In this document: in pieces, positions 1 through 9,552 of the stretch | How positions within the stretch are numbered: position 1 is the first letter of the stretch | Layout: the number at the start of each line of letters is the position of its first letter | The notes under the pieces: generated by a model | The model's input: only the letters and a program-made list of their open reading frames with translations | Database searches by the model: none | What the model was told of the DNA's origin: nothing | Origin: a virus | Lineage: Duplodnaviria > Caudoviricetes | DNA: 42,065 bases | Direction: 5' to 3' (one strand) | Virus record (IMG/VR): IMGVR_UViG_3300043580_000039 | Span: 1-42,065 of that record | Position numbers and translations under genes: made by a program

Positions 1-151
1 CTAGTAAATTTAGGTGTTCTGCCGTCAACACTAGCTCCTACAATAACACAGAATGTTCTTAATGCGCCTTGGGCTTTAATAGGGAACATGCAAACTAATG
101 TGGCTCTTATTACAGGAGCTTACGCTGTTATTAGCTCTAATTATATACAAT
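1..151 (+). repeat. Terminal direct repeat, copy 1 (assembly overlap of a circular/permuted genome)
   Basis: 1-151 is identical to 41915-42065 except T25 vs C41939; it lies inside a gene. Confidence 0.95.
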
Positions 152-2646
152 GTACAATGGACACAACTACAGATACTTTTGCTATTCAAACTAATGATCC
201 TGGGCACCCTCCGCAAAATTGTAATATTCTCTCAGGTCCAGGTGGTACTGGATTTGCTACAGATGAAGATTTTGTAATTTTGAATGGTTACACACCTTAT
301 CCTTATGGTGTAAGTATTCAGTTTGATGTTATGCTTAGGCCAGGCGATTTTGCAGGTGATGTTGTTAGTGATTATTATACTTATGTTGTTAACGATGTTA
401 GTAACCAAGCGGATTTTGATTCTATATCAGGTGTTTTTACTATTAGGATACCAAGAATAAACTTCCAAAGAGCAGGGAGCGGTGGTTTTGATTGGTCTAC
501 AGTTTACGGATTCCGGCTAACTATCAAATCACCTAAGAATCCTACTACTGGACTTCCAACTGTTGTAAATGTCTGGGGTCCTTACATGGGACAAGCTTAT
601 TTTGTTATCAGGGGCGGTTCCAGCGCACAGTTTGGTACTTATCAATATGTTCAGGTAAATGTTAATAACACAGGTTCTTATCTTGCTAAATCTATCATGG
701 GGCCACTAAGTGTTCCTGTTACACTTGACGGAATCAACGCACTTGTAAATATCCAGAATCCCACAGCTATAGATCCACAAGTTAATGAAGTTTGGATTTT
801 CAGGACAGGTGGTAACTTAGGTGGAAACTTCTATAGAGTTATTGTATCAAAGCCACCTTTCACAAGTCCTATTTATGATAGCATGGGAGATCAGGATGCG
901 TTAGATCTTGATATTCAGGCGAATACTCAACTGATAAGTGTAGCCCAAATTCCAGATAAAATATTTGATATCATAGGGCCAATACAAGGTAGGTGGCTTT
1001 ATTTTACCACTAACTTTATGTATCCAAGTGAAATTAATGATCCTGATCTTGTTAATCCAGGTATTGCAATTCGCACTTGCGGTAGTACTAGTGAGTTATT
1101 TTTGTGGGCACGACCTGTATCAGCAAGTGTTGTTTTAGTTGGGACTTCTATAGATTGTTATTTGCTGACAGGAACTTTTAGCACTTTTCCAGATGGTACG
1201 ATAGATGTATATTATCAGAATCTTGGAGTTAAGTTTCCACCACTAACTTATGATGCTATAGCTTATGGAGGGGCGGTTTATTATTTAGCTGCTGATGGCT
1301 GGCGCATGGTGCTTCCTACAACTTTCGGTAGTACTTATAGTAGCCAGAATAATCAACTTATCGTGTCACCTAATACTGATAGACTTTATAGAGGGGAAAC
1401 TTGTTATGGTTACGTGCCACCTGCTATGCCTACAAGTCCAGGGCAAAAGAGATTCCCTGTTACTATTGCTAAAAACAAGCTCTGGTGTTTTGTTACAGGA
1501 ACTAACGGGCGCGGAGAAGTTTATGACTTCTTGAGACAATATTGGAGACCTTATAATTATAATTTAGGTGATGCTAGCGCTTGTGTAGCTACTCAAGATA
1601 ATAAGATTCTAGTGTTCTGTGCGGATAAAGCAATACGTGAATATGATTATCCAGGTTCTAAACTTATTGATGGCTTGACAAGACAGAATGTGAATTTACT
1701 GTTTACTTTTAAAGATAACGGGAAACCAAGACAGCGTAAGGATACTTATACTTTTAAGAGTCGCTTGATGACTTCAACTAGTGGGAATTTGTTCTTATCT
1801 ATTACTGATGAAACAGGATCAACTATAAACATCGGGCAAACACTGTATGCTCCTAATAATAGCCAGGAGGTATTTTTAGACTTAAGCCAAACTTACGGGC
1901 TAATACTTCCAAAAGCCTACCAAGTTTATTTGCATGGTGATTTGGGTGATGTAATTCTAGAAGATTGGTCTATTGATTTTGACAGCCGGCCTGTTCCACT
2001 AACATTCTTAAGAATACAACCTACTAATCTGGGTTCGGCAACTAAAAAGAGAATCAGGACAATTCCACTTGTCATAGATACAGTTGGGAATCATGTAACT
2101 TTTATTCCTAATGTGGATGGAGTGAATCAGCTTCCAACAATCTTTACAACCAACTTTAAGCAGACTGTATTTCACTATTTTACTTCAGATGTTTTTGGTA
2201 TTGATTACGGTGGCACACTTACTTGTTCTAGTGGCATGATGGAAGTTTGGGATACAGGATTTTCAGGGCAGGGACTTTCACCAGATTCTGTACAAAACTT
2301 GCCAATGCAACATGCTTTTGACCAAGTTGGGCCACTTGATACTTTTAGGTGGGGCAAGATTGTTAAGATGGCCCTTAGAACTTTTAGTAACGGTGGTCCA
2401 ATTCCCTTTAAAGTGTATTTTAGTGATGCTATGATTTGGAATAGTCAGTTTAATACTATAGGAGGTGTTGAAGATGAATATATTGTAGACTTGCCCAAGG
2501 GTGTATCAGGAAGAATTCTACGAGTTGAACTTGGGCCGTGTCCTTTCACTTTTAGTAGATACTATATAAAATTCCAAGTAGCAATAAGCAGTAGTCAAGA
2601 GGATACTGAACTTAAGTGGATAACAGTACCAGGGCAGGGAATTTAA
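1..2646 (+). CDS. Tail tubular protein B / nozzle (P22 gp10 or T7 gp12-like), 3' part
   Basis: Frame is open from nt 1; beta-rich; lies after the adaptors and before the ejection proteins. Confidence 0.7.
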   Translation, partial: LVNLGVLPSTLAPTITQNVLNAPWALIGNMQTNVALITGAYAVISSNYIQCTMDTTTDTFAIQTNDPGHPPQNCNILSGPGGTGFATDEDFVILNGYTPYPYGVSIQFDVMLRPGDFAGDVVSDYYTYVVNDVSNQADFDSISGVFTIRIPRINFQRAGSGGFDWSTVYGFRLTIKSPKNPTTGLPTVVNVWGPYMGQAYFVIRGGSSAQFGTYQYVQVNVNNTGSYLAKSIMGPLSVPVTLDGINALVNIQNPTAIDPQVNEVWIFRTGGNLGGNFYRVIVSKPPFTSPIYDSMGDQDALDLDIQANTQLISVAQIPDKIFDIIGPIQGRWLYFTTNFMYPSEINDPDLVNPGIAIRTCGSTSELFLWARPVSASVVLVGTSIDCYLLTGTFSTFPDGTIDVYYQNLGVKFPPLTYDAIAYGGAVYYLAADGWRMVLPTTFGSTYSSQNNQLIVSPNTDRLYRGETCYGYVPPAMPTSPGQKRFPVTIAKNKLWCFVTGTNGRGEVYDFLRQYWRPYNYNLGDASACVATQDNKILVFCADKAIREYDYPGSKLIDGLTRQNVNLLFTFKDNGKPRQRKDTYTFKSRLMTSTSGNLFLSITDETGSTINIGQTLYAPNNSQEVFLDLSQTYGLILPKAYQVYLHGDLGDVILEDWSIDFDSRPVPLTFLRIQPTNLGSATKKRIRTIPLVIDTVGNHVTFIPNVDGVNQLPTIFTTNFKQTVFHYFTSDVFGIDYGGTLTCSSGMMEVWDTGFSGQGLSPDSVQNLPMQHAFDQVGPLDTFRWGKIVKMALRTFSNGGPIPFKVYFSDAMIWNSQFNTIGGVEDEYIVDLPKGVSGRILRVELGPCPFTFSRYYIKFQVAISSSQEDTELKWITVPGQGI

Positions 2647-2649
2647 CTT

Positions 2650-3543
2650 ATGAGCACGCCAACTGATATAAGAGATCACAAAGTGGATATGTTGTCCACT
2701 AAGAATACTGATATGAAACAAAGGCGTGTTGTGAATGCTGCTAATGCTGTTGATAATGGGGATTATGTTACTTTAGTTCAACTAAACAGTGTAGAGAGTG
2801 AACTGCAAAGTGATGTTACTACTATAAATCAGAGTTTAAATAGCTTAGCTACTACAGTGTTACTAACACATGCAAGATATGGAACACATGCGCAGCGGTT
2901 ACTTTTAACTCCTACACTTTATAATACTGTGCTATATGCTGAAACTGACAGAGATAACATATTGTATCAGGTTCAGAATGTGGCTAATATTCTTAAGTGG
3001 GTTTATGTGAGTGGCGTGATGTTCGGGACACTTAGCCCGGATTTAAGACCCACTGATTTAGCTACAGGTGATGTTGGATTTTTATATCAGACTACAGATA
3101 CTTTTGAACTATTTAGGTGGAGCGGCACAGCTTGGGTAAATCAGACTTTAGGTAACTTTGGTTATTTTGTAAATGCTGCTTCTAATATGACTCTTACAAC
3201 AACTCCAACTGATGTTCCAGGTTGTTTTATAAGTTTACCAAAAGCTGGCAGGTATCACTGTGTTTATGCTGGCTTTATGAATCTTTCAGGTGCTGATGGA
3301 GCCGCTTTTGCATCAATTGCTTTACAAGTTAATAGTGTAACTATTGGTAGTGGAGCAGCTGTACAATTTCCTAATGGAACAGGTGTTAGTGCCTTCGGAG
3401 TAACTATTTCTAACAATGCTAATTTTACTACAGCAACTCCTGGTTTAATAGCTAAACTACTTGGTTTTAAAAGCGGTGGTACTGGCAGTAGCTTTATACA
3501 AGCTGTTTATACTAATATCAATTGTGTCTGGTTAGGTAACTAA
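2650..3543 (+). CDS. Trimeric tail needle/fibre protein
   Basis: RRVVNAANAVDNGDYVTLVQL resembles a trimeric-adhesin neck, followed by a coiled coil and a C-terminal beta-sandwich similar to that of 40702..41535; occupies the P22 gp26 position. Confidence 0.6.
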   Translation: MSTPTDIRDHKVDMLSTKNTDMKQRRVVNAANAVDNGDYVTLVQLNSVESELQSDVTTINQSLNSLATTVLLTHARYGTHAQRLLLTPTLYNTVLYAETDRDNILYQVQNVANILKWVYVSGVMFGTLSPDLRPTDLATGDVGFLYQTTDTFELFRWSGTAWVNQTLGNFGYFVNAASNMTLTTTPTDVPGCFISLPKAGRYHCVYAGFMNLSGADGAAFASIALQVNSVTIGSGAAVQFPNGTGVSAFGVTISNNANFTTATPGLIAKLLGFKSGGTGSSFIQAVYTNINCVWLGN

Positions 3544-3559
3544 AAGAGAGGCTATTCTC

Positions 3560-4453
3560 ATGTTTCCTTCACTTCCTGGGCTCAGTCTTCCTGGAGTTAA
3601 CGTCGGTGGTGGGTTAGGTGGAAATTTATCTATTCTTGCACCACTGCTAGCAAGTCTAGGTTTAAGTGGAGTTGCAGGCGGGGCAGGGACTCCTACAAAT
3701 ACAAATACCACAAGTTCGTCAACAGGAACAAGTGATGTTAGTTCACAATCAGATACTAATAATACTCTAAGCACGCTGCTTAATTTCCTGAATAACTTTT
3801 CTCAAGATACCACAGGTACAACAAATACAACAGGTACAAGTGTTCAGGGCACAACTCCAACACTAAGTCCTGCAACCCAAGCTTTCATGGATAATCTTAT
3901 TGGTAAATATAATGCTCAAAGTGCTCCAAGTCTAACAGGTTTTGGTGCGCAGCAAACTAATAATATTAATGTAGCTGCGGATGCCCAAAAGAAAGCTATT
4001 GATAATATTATGGCAGCACGCGGTTTAAGTACAAGTCCTGCTGCTGGAACTGCACAAACTGGATTAGAACAGAATAGGCTAAATCAAATAACTAGTATGC
4101 AACAGGGACTCCCACTTTTACAGAATCAGATGAATTTACAAAATCTTGCGGGGGCAAGTGCATTCTTTAGTGCTATTCCCAAGGGATCTATAACTACAGG
4201 TTCCACAGCTCAGCAAGGTCAAACAACTCAAAATACAACTGGTCAACAAAGTGGACAACAAACAGGATCACAAACTGGTAGTAGTTCTACTACAGGAAGT
4301 CAAAAGGGCACAACTACACAAACTGGTACTTCTAGCACTGTGGGTTCTACAGGTGGTGGTGTGGGTGGTGCCGCCGCAGGTTTGGGTGGTGGCCTTGCAA
4401 CTATTTTACCATATCTAGTACAAATATTTGGTGCGAAACCTGCAACTCCCTAG
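3560..4453 (+). CDS. Internal virion/ejection (DNA pilot) protein 1
   Basis: G/T/S/Q low complexity, hydrophobic Gly-rich ends, MAARGLSTS motif, synteny. Confidence 0.6.
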   Translation: MFPSLPGLSLPGVNVGGGLGGNLSILAPLLASLGLSGVAGGAGTPTNTNTTSSSTGTSDVSSQSDTNNTLSTLLNFLNNFSQDTTGTTNTTGTSVQGTTPTLSPATQAFMDNLIGKYNAQSAPSLTGFGAQQTNNINVAADAQKKAIDNIMAARGLSTSPAAGTAQTGLEQNRLNQITSMQQGLPLLQNQMNLQNLAGASAFFSAIPKGSITTGSTAQQGQTTQNTTGQQSGQQTGSQTGSSSTTGSQKGTTTQTGTSSTVGSTGGGVGGAAAGLGGGLATILPYLVQIFGAKPATP

Positions 4454-4489
4454 CCTTTAGTTAGAGAAAACTTTTAGAGGAGACAAAAC

Positions 4490-5980
4490 ATGGCAATTCA
4501 AGAAGCAAATCTAGTAGTTCAAGCTCTCCAAAATGCTCTAGCTGGAATGCAGCGGAATCAGGAGTTTGCCCAAGATAGGGAGTTTAAGCAAAAGCAATTT
4601 GAAGAAGAACAAAAGCAGAATGCTATTCATAAAGAAGCTGCTGATAGACTCTATAAAGTACAAAAAGCTCAATTAGATTCTGAGCAGGCGCAGAGAGATT
4701 TCGCTAATTCTCAGATTTTTCAACAAACAGGAATTACACCTCCTGGAGCACAAGTTATACCAGGAATACAACCTCAACAACAACCACCTACACAAATTCA
4801 AGTTCCACAGATAAATCAAAGTTCACCTGTTTTTGGAAGTCCACAAGTTGGAGTAGGTGCAACTTATCCTGGACTTACAGATCAGGCACAACAAAAACCA
4901 CTAGTTCTTAGTGATTTACAAAATAGCCGTGTCGTCAATCCTAGTGGTAGCTCACAAGTTGTACCGCCGCTGGAACAAAGCCCAAGTGTAAAACTAGCTG
5001 AGCAGAAAGCAGCAGAAGCTAATGCTAGGAAAATAATAGATCAACAGTTACTTCAACAAGCTGAAGAGAAAAGACAACTTAATGTTATGCAAGCCACTCA
5101 AGTATCTGAGGGTGAGCGAATGTTAAAAGTTATGGGACAGGAACATACTTATAAACAAGCGGAAATAGCACAACAGCTACAGGGGAATAAAGATCTTGAG
5201 AGTATGCGAGCAAAAGCTCAGCTAGATGTTGCTAGAATGAGAAGCGGCGGTGGTCTTGAAGATTTTGCACAAATGCCTAATGCTGTAGATACACTTACTA
5301 GAATGAGAACTGGTACTCTTAGTCAAGAAGAAGTTAATAAGTCCCCTTTTAAAAAACAGATAAGTGCTTATGCAGTTGAGAATGGTATTCAGATTCTACC
5401 ACAAGCTAAAAGTAACCAGATAGCTGCACTTGAAACTATGGGTAATATTCTACCAACTATTAGAGAAATGATAAATCTTAGGGAACTTCACCCACTAAAA
5501 GTTAACAATCCACTTACTGATATAGGTCAACAATATAAGAAAGATGTAGATACTTTAAGAGCAGCGGCCCCACAAGCTAGCGTTGCTACAACTGGCGTCC
5601 GGCGATTCACTCAACAGGAATTAGAGAGATTTGATGATTTTTTTATCCCTGGTAAAAATCCACTTACAAGTGGAACAGCAGCTAATCTTAGTAAATATAA
5701 CGAGTTTGTAACTAATCTAAATCAATCTATGGATCAAGTTACCAAGGGTTTGTCTGGTGAACAAAAAGATGCTATTTTATCTAACCTAAAAAGTAAAGGT
5801 TTAATATATACAAAGCCTGCTGGTGTAACTGATAGTCCTTCCGGAACTTCTCCAAGCACAGGTGGTATTTCTAAAAGTCTAACTGGTAGAGAACCACAAG
5901 TGCAACTTGGGCCTAAGCAGGGTATTAAAGTTTGGAAGCAGAATCCTAGAACCGGCGCTCTTGAATTAGCCCCCGAATAA
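4490..5980 (+). CDS. Internal virion/ejection protein 2
   Basis: Gln-rich coiled coil, GAGGAG RBS, synteny. Confidence 0.55.
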   Translation: MAIQEANLVVQALQNALAGMQRNQEFAQDREFKQKQFEEEQKQNAIHKEAADRLYKVQKAQLDSEQAQRDFANSQIFQQTGITPPGAQVIPGIQPQQQPPTQIQVPQINQSSPVFGSPQVGVGATYPGLTDQAQQKPLVLSDLQNSRVVNPSGSSQVVPPLEQSPSVKLAEQKAAEANARKIIDQQLLQQAEEKRQLNVMQATQVSEGERMLKVMGQEHTYKQAEIAQQLQGNKDLESMRAKAQLDVARMRSGGGLEDFAQMPNAVDTLTRMRTGTLSQEEVNKSPFKKQISAYAVENGIQILPQAKSNQIAALETMGNILPTIREMINLRELHPLKVNNPLTDIGQQYKKDVDTLRAAAPQASVATTGVRRFTQQELERFDDFFIPGKNPLTSGTAANLSKYNEFVTNLNQSMDQVTKGLSGEQKDAILSNLKSKGLIYTKPAGVTDSPSGTSPSTGGISKSLTGREPQVQLGPKQGIKVWKQNPRTGALELAPE

Positions 5981-6000
5981 TTTTTAATAGGAGAATAAAT

Positions 6001-7527
6001 ATGTCACCTGAACCAGAAGTTGCGTCACCTGCTGATATACCGGAATCTGGTGCAAGACCAAATACACAAATAGTAGGACCACAGTTACAACCACAGACTC
6101 AACGTATTCCACAAGGGCAGGGAAATCTTGTTCTTTTAAATGATGGAAGCAAACACTTTTTTCCTGAAGGAACTACAGTTGACCAGATGCACAAGACTTT
6201 AAGTATTGGTCCTGTAAAACGTGATGATAATTGGGTAGATAAGATTCGGCCTTTTGTAGCAGGTGGTGCTGGTGCTTTAGCTGCCAGTGCAACAAGTTTA
6301 ATTCCTGGTGTTGGAGAAACAGGCATAGCTCAAGTAGCTGCTGATACACAAGGTTATTCTATAGTAGATAGCTTGATGAAATACTTAGGTTCTAACCCAC
6401 CAAAATCTTATAGTGAAGCTTTAACAGATAGTGAAGCTGATGCAGCTATTAATGCTGTAGCAGGTAAGCTAATTGGTACAGCATTCAAAGGTGTTAAGGG
6501 CTTGTTTAATGTTAAACAACCTGATTTTTACAAACTAGCTCCAACTACAAGTCAGGCTTTAGAAAAATATGGCATGAAATCACTTGCTACCATTCCTAAG
6601 TTTCTAGAAAACTACGGAGTCCCTGAAGCTAAAGCCGCTGCACTTGATAAATCAGGTGGAATAGGTTTCACTCAGGCCCTTGCACATGCTAATGCGCTTA
6701 ATGGCAGGCAAGCAACTACTAATGCCAATCCACAGAAACTATATGATTCTATAAAAGGGCAACTCCAACTTGGACTTGATGAGTTACCAACATCAAAATA
6801 TCTTGAGGGCACACTTCACAAAGCAAGTGATGAAGCTTTGAATCTACTTGCACAAGGGAGTGACCACTTTAAAGTACTTGATAGTGTTATAGAAAATCCA
6901 GATAAGCTAAGCAAAGTTCTTAAGGTAGGTACTTTTGCAGGTGGTCCTGCCATGAATGTTAGACAGGATTTAGCTGCTTATAAGTTTATGGATGTTATTA
7001 ATAAAGCTACAACTAAAGATGCTAAAGGTGCCACTAGAATAGATCCTGAAGTACTTGGGAATCTGTGGAATAAACCTGAAGCGCAATCTAGTTTGGATTT
7101 GCTATATGGTAAAGCAGGGAAAGATAGAATTACAGACTTTTTTAAAGATATTGCTTATACACAATCAGATCAGGCAGCAGCTAGCAGAGTGCCACTTAAA
7201 TATATGGGAGCAGGAAAGTTTCTACTAACTATGGGAACCCTTGCACATGCTGTTACTACAGGTAATTATGTAGCACCTGCTGGAATTGTTGGAGTACAAA
7301 TAGGTTCTAGTCTTGTTGGCAGGGCACTTACTAATCCTAGTACTTCCCGTATGTTCTCAGAATTGGCGAAAGGCGGACTTAAAGAGAATCCTGCTTTTGC
7401 AGCTAAGGTAATTGGGAATGCTATAAGAAATCAGACTGTTGGACTTGTAAGTCATGATGGGAAAGTGCAAGAGGGCAGTTTTGTAGAGAACCCTAAAACA
7501 GGGTTATTAGAATTCAATAAGAACTAA
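6001..7527 (+). CDS. Internal virion/ejection protein 3
   Basis: Ala/Gly-rich helical protein with hydrophobic segments, AGGAG RBS, synteny. Confidence 0.55.
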   Translation: MSPEPEVASPADIPESGARPNTQIVGPQLQPQTQRIPQGQGNLVLLNDGSKHFFPEGTTVDQMHKTLSIGPVKRDDNWVDKIRPFVAGGAGALAASATSLIPGVGETGIAQVAADTQGYSIVDSLMKYLGSNPPKSYSEALTDSEADAAINAVAGKLIGTAFKGVKGLFNVKQPDFYKLAPTTSQALEKYGMKSLATIPKFLENYGVPEAKAAALDKSGGIGFTQALAHANALNGRQATTNANPQKLYDSIKGQLQLGLDELPTSKYLEGTLHKASDEALNLLAQGSDHFKVLDSVIENPDKLSKVLKVGTFAGGPAMNVRQDLAAYKFMDVINKATTKDAKGATRIDPEVLGNLWNKPEAQSSLDLLYGKAGKDRITDFFKDIAYTQSDQAAASRVPLKYMGAGKFLLTMGTLAHAVTTGNYVAPAGIVGVQIGSSLVGRALTNPSTSRMFSELAKGGLKENPAFAAKVIGNAIRNQTVGLVSHDGKVQEGSFVENPKTGLLEFNKN

Positions 7528-7535
7528 AAACTAAT

Positions 7536-7820
7536 ATGGAAATGGAATTCCTTGGCGATAGTTCTTGTATAAGCTCTGCTGGATACGAAGCAGGCTATTT
7601 AACTGTTGAATTTGAAACAGGGGAAGTTTATACTTACTCTGAAGTACCTCCCCAAGTATATGGAGCTTTCAAGCGTTCTACAAGTAAAGGCTATTATTTT
7701 AATAGGGCTATAAGAAATAACTATAGTTTCACGGAAGGGCCGGCACCTGATTTGGATGTCAAGGAAACAGGGAAAGCCCTATTAGAAACTATGTTGGGTC
7801 CTGAGTTTTTTGATAGTTAG
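7536..7820 (+). CDS. KTSC domain protein
   Basis: SSCISSAGY...LTVEFETGEVYTY..VP..VY..F....SKGYYFN..IR..Y matches the KTSC consensus. Confidence 0.85.
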   Translation: MEMEFLGDSSCISSAGYEAGYLTVEFETGEVYTYSEVPPQVYGAFKRSTSKGYYFNRAIRNNYSFTEGPAPDLDVKETGKALLETMLGPEFFDS

Positions 7821-8005
7821 ATCAGATAGAATCCCCTCTCCCTTGCTTCTTCTAGATTCTTGAAAGTATACAGTCTGTGTTGGAACCAGATTTGTATTTC
7901 ACAATCTAAGTGAGACTCCGCTGTTTTCCCACATCTAGTACAAGCATTTTTAGGCGCACCTGCACTTGTACGTTCCTGACTTTGCACAAAATCGTGATCT
8001 TGCAT
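7817..8005 (-). CDS. Small Zn-binding hypothetical protein
   Basis: HxF...CTRCG....H motif; last gene of the leftward operon. Confidence 0.55.
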   Translation of the reverse strand: MQDHDFVQSQERTSAGAPKNACTRCGKTAESHLDCEIQIWFQHRLYTFKNLEEARERGFYLI

Positions 8006-8014
8006 CTTTAGTTT

Positions 8015-9205
8015 TTAACTCCCGCCACCTCTCAAAGCAGTAATAGCTCTGGGTGTTAGCTGATAATAGACTCCATCCTTAAGCATATGCTGTTTAAGAA
8101 TACCTGCCTCTTCGAGTGCTACTACAGCTTTATCCATAAGCTCTATATCAAAATTCTGCCAATGTGTTCTGATTATTATCTTCCTGCTAAGTGTGTTATT
8201 GTCAGCAGTCAGTAAGTCAGTGATAATTGTCCCACCGATATTTCCTATTTCTGTCTTTGCGTTGTTCATGGTGAATAGATTGTAGTTTGGAACCAAGCCC
8301 AAACATTCCTCAATTGCCTGTTCTATGTGGCGTTTTAATATACATTGGCTAAGGTCATTAGCAGCTAATATCATGCTTATCTTTAACACGTGCGTATGAA
8401 TACGACCTACGATACCACTTATTTCTTTCTTTTGACTGTAAGACTGTCTGAAGGGATTGTACCAATTCTCGTATTCAACAATCGCAGCCTCCTCAAGTTT
8501 AAATTCTCCATGCAGTTGTGTTATTTTCTTGATATGCGCCAGCACGTTCTCTTTACTTACTTTCAGCGCATCGTGATCCACTCGCATTAAACTATTACTT
8601 TGTCGAAACTCGTTAGGCGTTATAAGAAGTGTACGAGCTAAAAAACCTCCCCTAATTACAGTTTGGTCAAACAAACCTTGTAGCATATCCTGATTACTTG
8701 CAGCTATTACAGAAAACACAACTCTATCAAGTGTAACCGTGGGACCTGTCCGCAGCCGGTACTTATAGTTAGGTTTGTAATCATAAATATCTGTCAGGAT
8801 CTTCAGTCCATCAGGATCTGAAACAATACCTGCGCTAAGTTCCGTTGCGTAGAAAGTTGCTGCACTTGACTTAATTACTTTCCCATTAGCATCTGTTTCT
8901 GCACGGCCTAATTCATCTATAATAGCCTGTACAGAAGCACGCCCACTTATAGTTTTATAAGAAGGCACACTTGTATTAACCAGACTTTCACAGAATTCTA
9001 TTGGCCGGTTCTTTCTATGGCCAGAACTTTCTGCTAGAAACAGAATATACAGATTGGGGAACAAGAAACTATCCCCGTTCTTTATATAACACCTATCTCT
9101 TAGTGCAGTTGAAATAAGTGAGTAGGAACTCCACTTCCAAAACGACGCTGGGCTTTCAAAGATACTACTGTGCTTGAGATACGCACTAATGAAATTTTCT
9201 GGCAC
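8015..9205 (-). CDS. DUF3987-like P-loop protein (putative replicative helicase-like)
   Basis: F..WS....IS..L......PNLYILF.A.S..RK and GGFLAR motifs; C-terminal winged-helix-like segment; adjacent to the polymerase. Confidence 0.6.
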   Translation of the reverse strand: MPENFISAYLKHSSIFESPASFWKWSSYSLISTALRDRCYIKNGDSFLFPNLYILFLAESSGHRKNRPIEFCESLVNTSVPSYKTISGRASVQAIIDELGRAETDANGKVIKSSAATFYATELSAGIVSDPDGLKILTDIYDYKPNYKYRLRTGPTVTLDRVVFSVIAASNQDMLQGLFDQTVIRGGFLARTLLITPNEFRQSNSLMRVDHDALKVSKENVLAHIKKITQLHGEFKLEEAAIVEYENWYNPFRQSYSQKKEISGIVGRIHTHVLKISMILAANDLSQCILKRHIEQAIEECLGLVPNYNLFTMNNAKTEIGNIGGTIITDLLTADNNTLSRKIIIRTHWQNFDIELMDKAVVALEEAGILKQHMLKDGVYYQLTPRAITALRGGGS

Positions 9206-9264
9206 ATTCCCTCGTCACCTCATTCTTTTTACAACTAGCCTCTTTTTGGGCTTCGCTTTTAACA

Positions 9265-9552
9265 CTACTTAACACCTGTTGTTTTATAACTACGCACGTT
9301 ATTCAAGTGCATCAAACCTTTAACTCTATCAGTAATACCTGTGTCTACTTTACGAAAATTAGCAGTCCCGCGACTATAAGCATTATAAGCGTCATCACCT
9401 TCAGTAGTAAGCACTAGTTTATTTCCACTTCTGGTAATCCAACCTCTTACTAATAAACTACCAAAAGTAACCATGCTAAAAGTGCCAGCATCTGTAACAG
9501 TAACTTCATGATTTACTAGATATTTTAGAGTCGAGTATTGATATGCTGTCAT
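9265..9552 (-). CDS. Hypothetical protein, possible winged-helix
   Basis: SLLVRGWI...LVLTTEG pattern; translationally coupled to the upstream gene. Confidence 0.5.
   Translation of the reverse strand: MTAYQYSTLKYLVNHEVTVTDAGTFSMVTFGSLLVRGWITRSGNKLVLTTEGDDAYNAYSRGTANFRKVDTGITDRVKGLMHLNNVRSYKTTGVK

Noticed and set aside
2650-3543. Diversity-generating retroelement acting on fibre tips
   Set aside because: No reverse transcriptase and no near-identical TR/VR nucleotide pair; the similarity is only at protein level
9215-9265. 16-aa basic micro-ORF (MLKAKPKKRLVVKRMR) on the minus strand
   Set aside because: Too short to support without expression data, although it is coupled to the upstream stop
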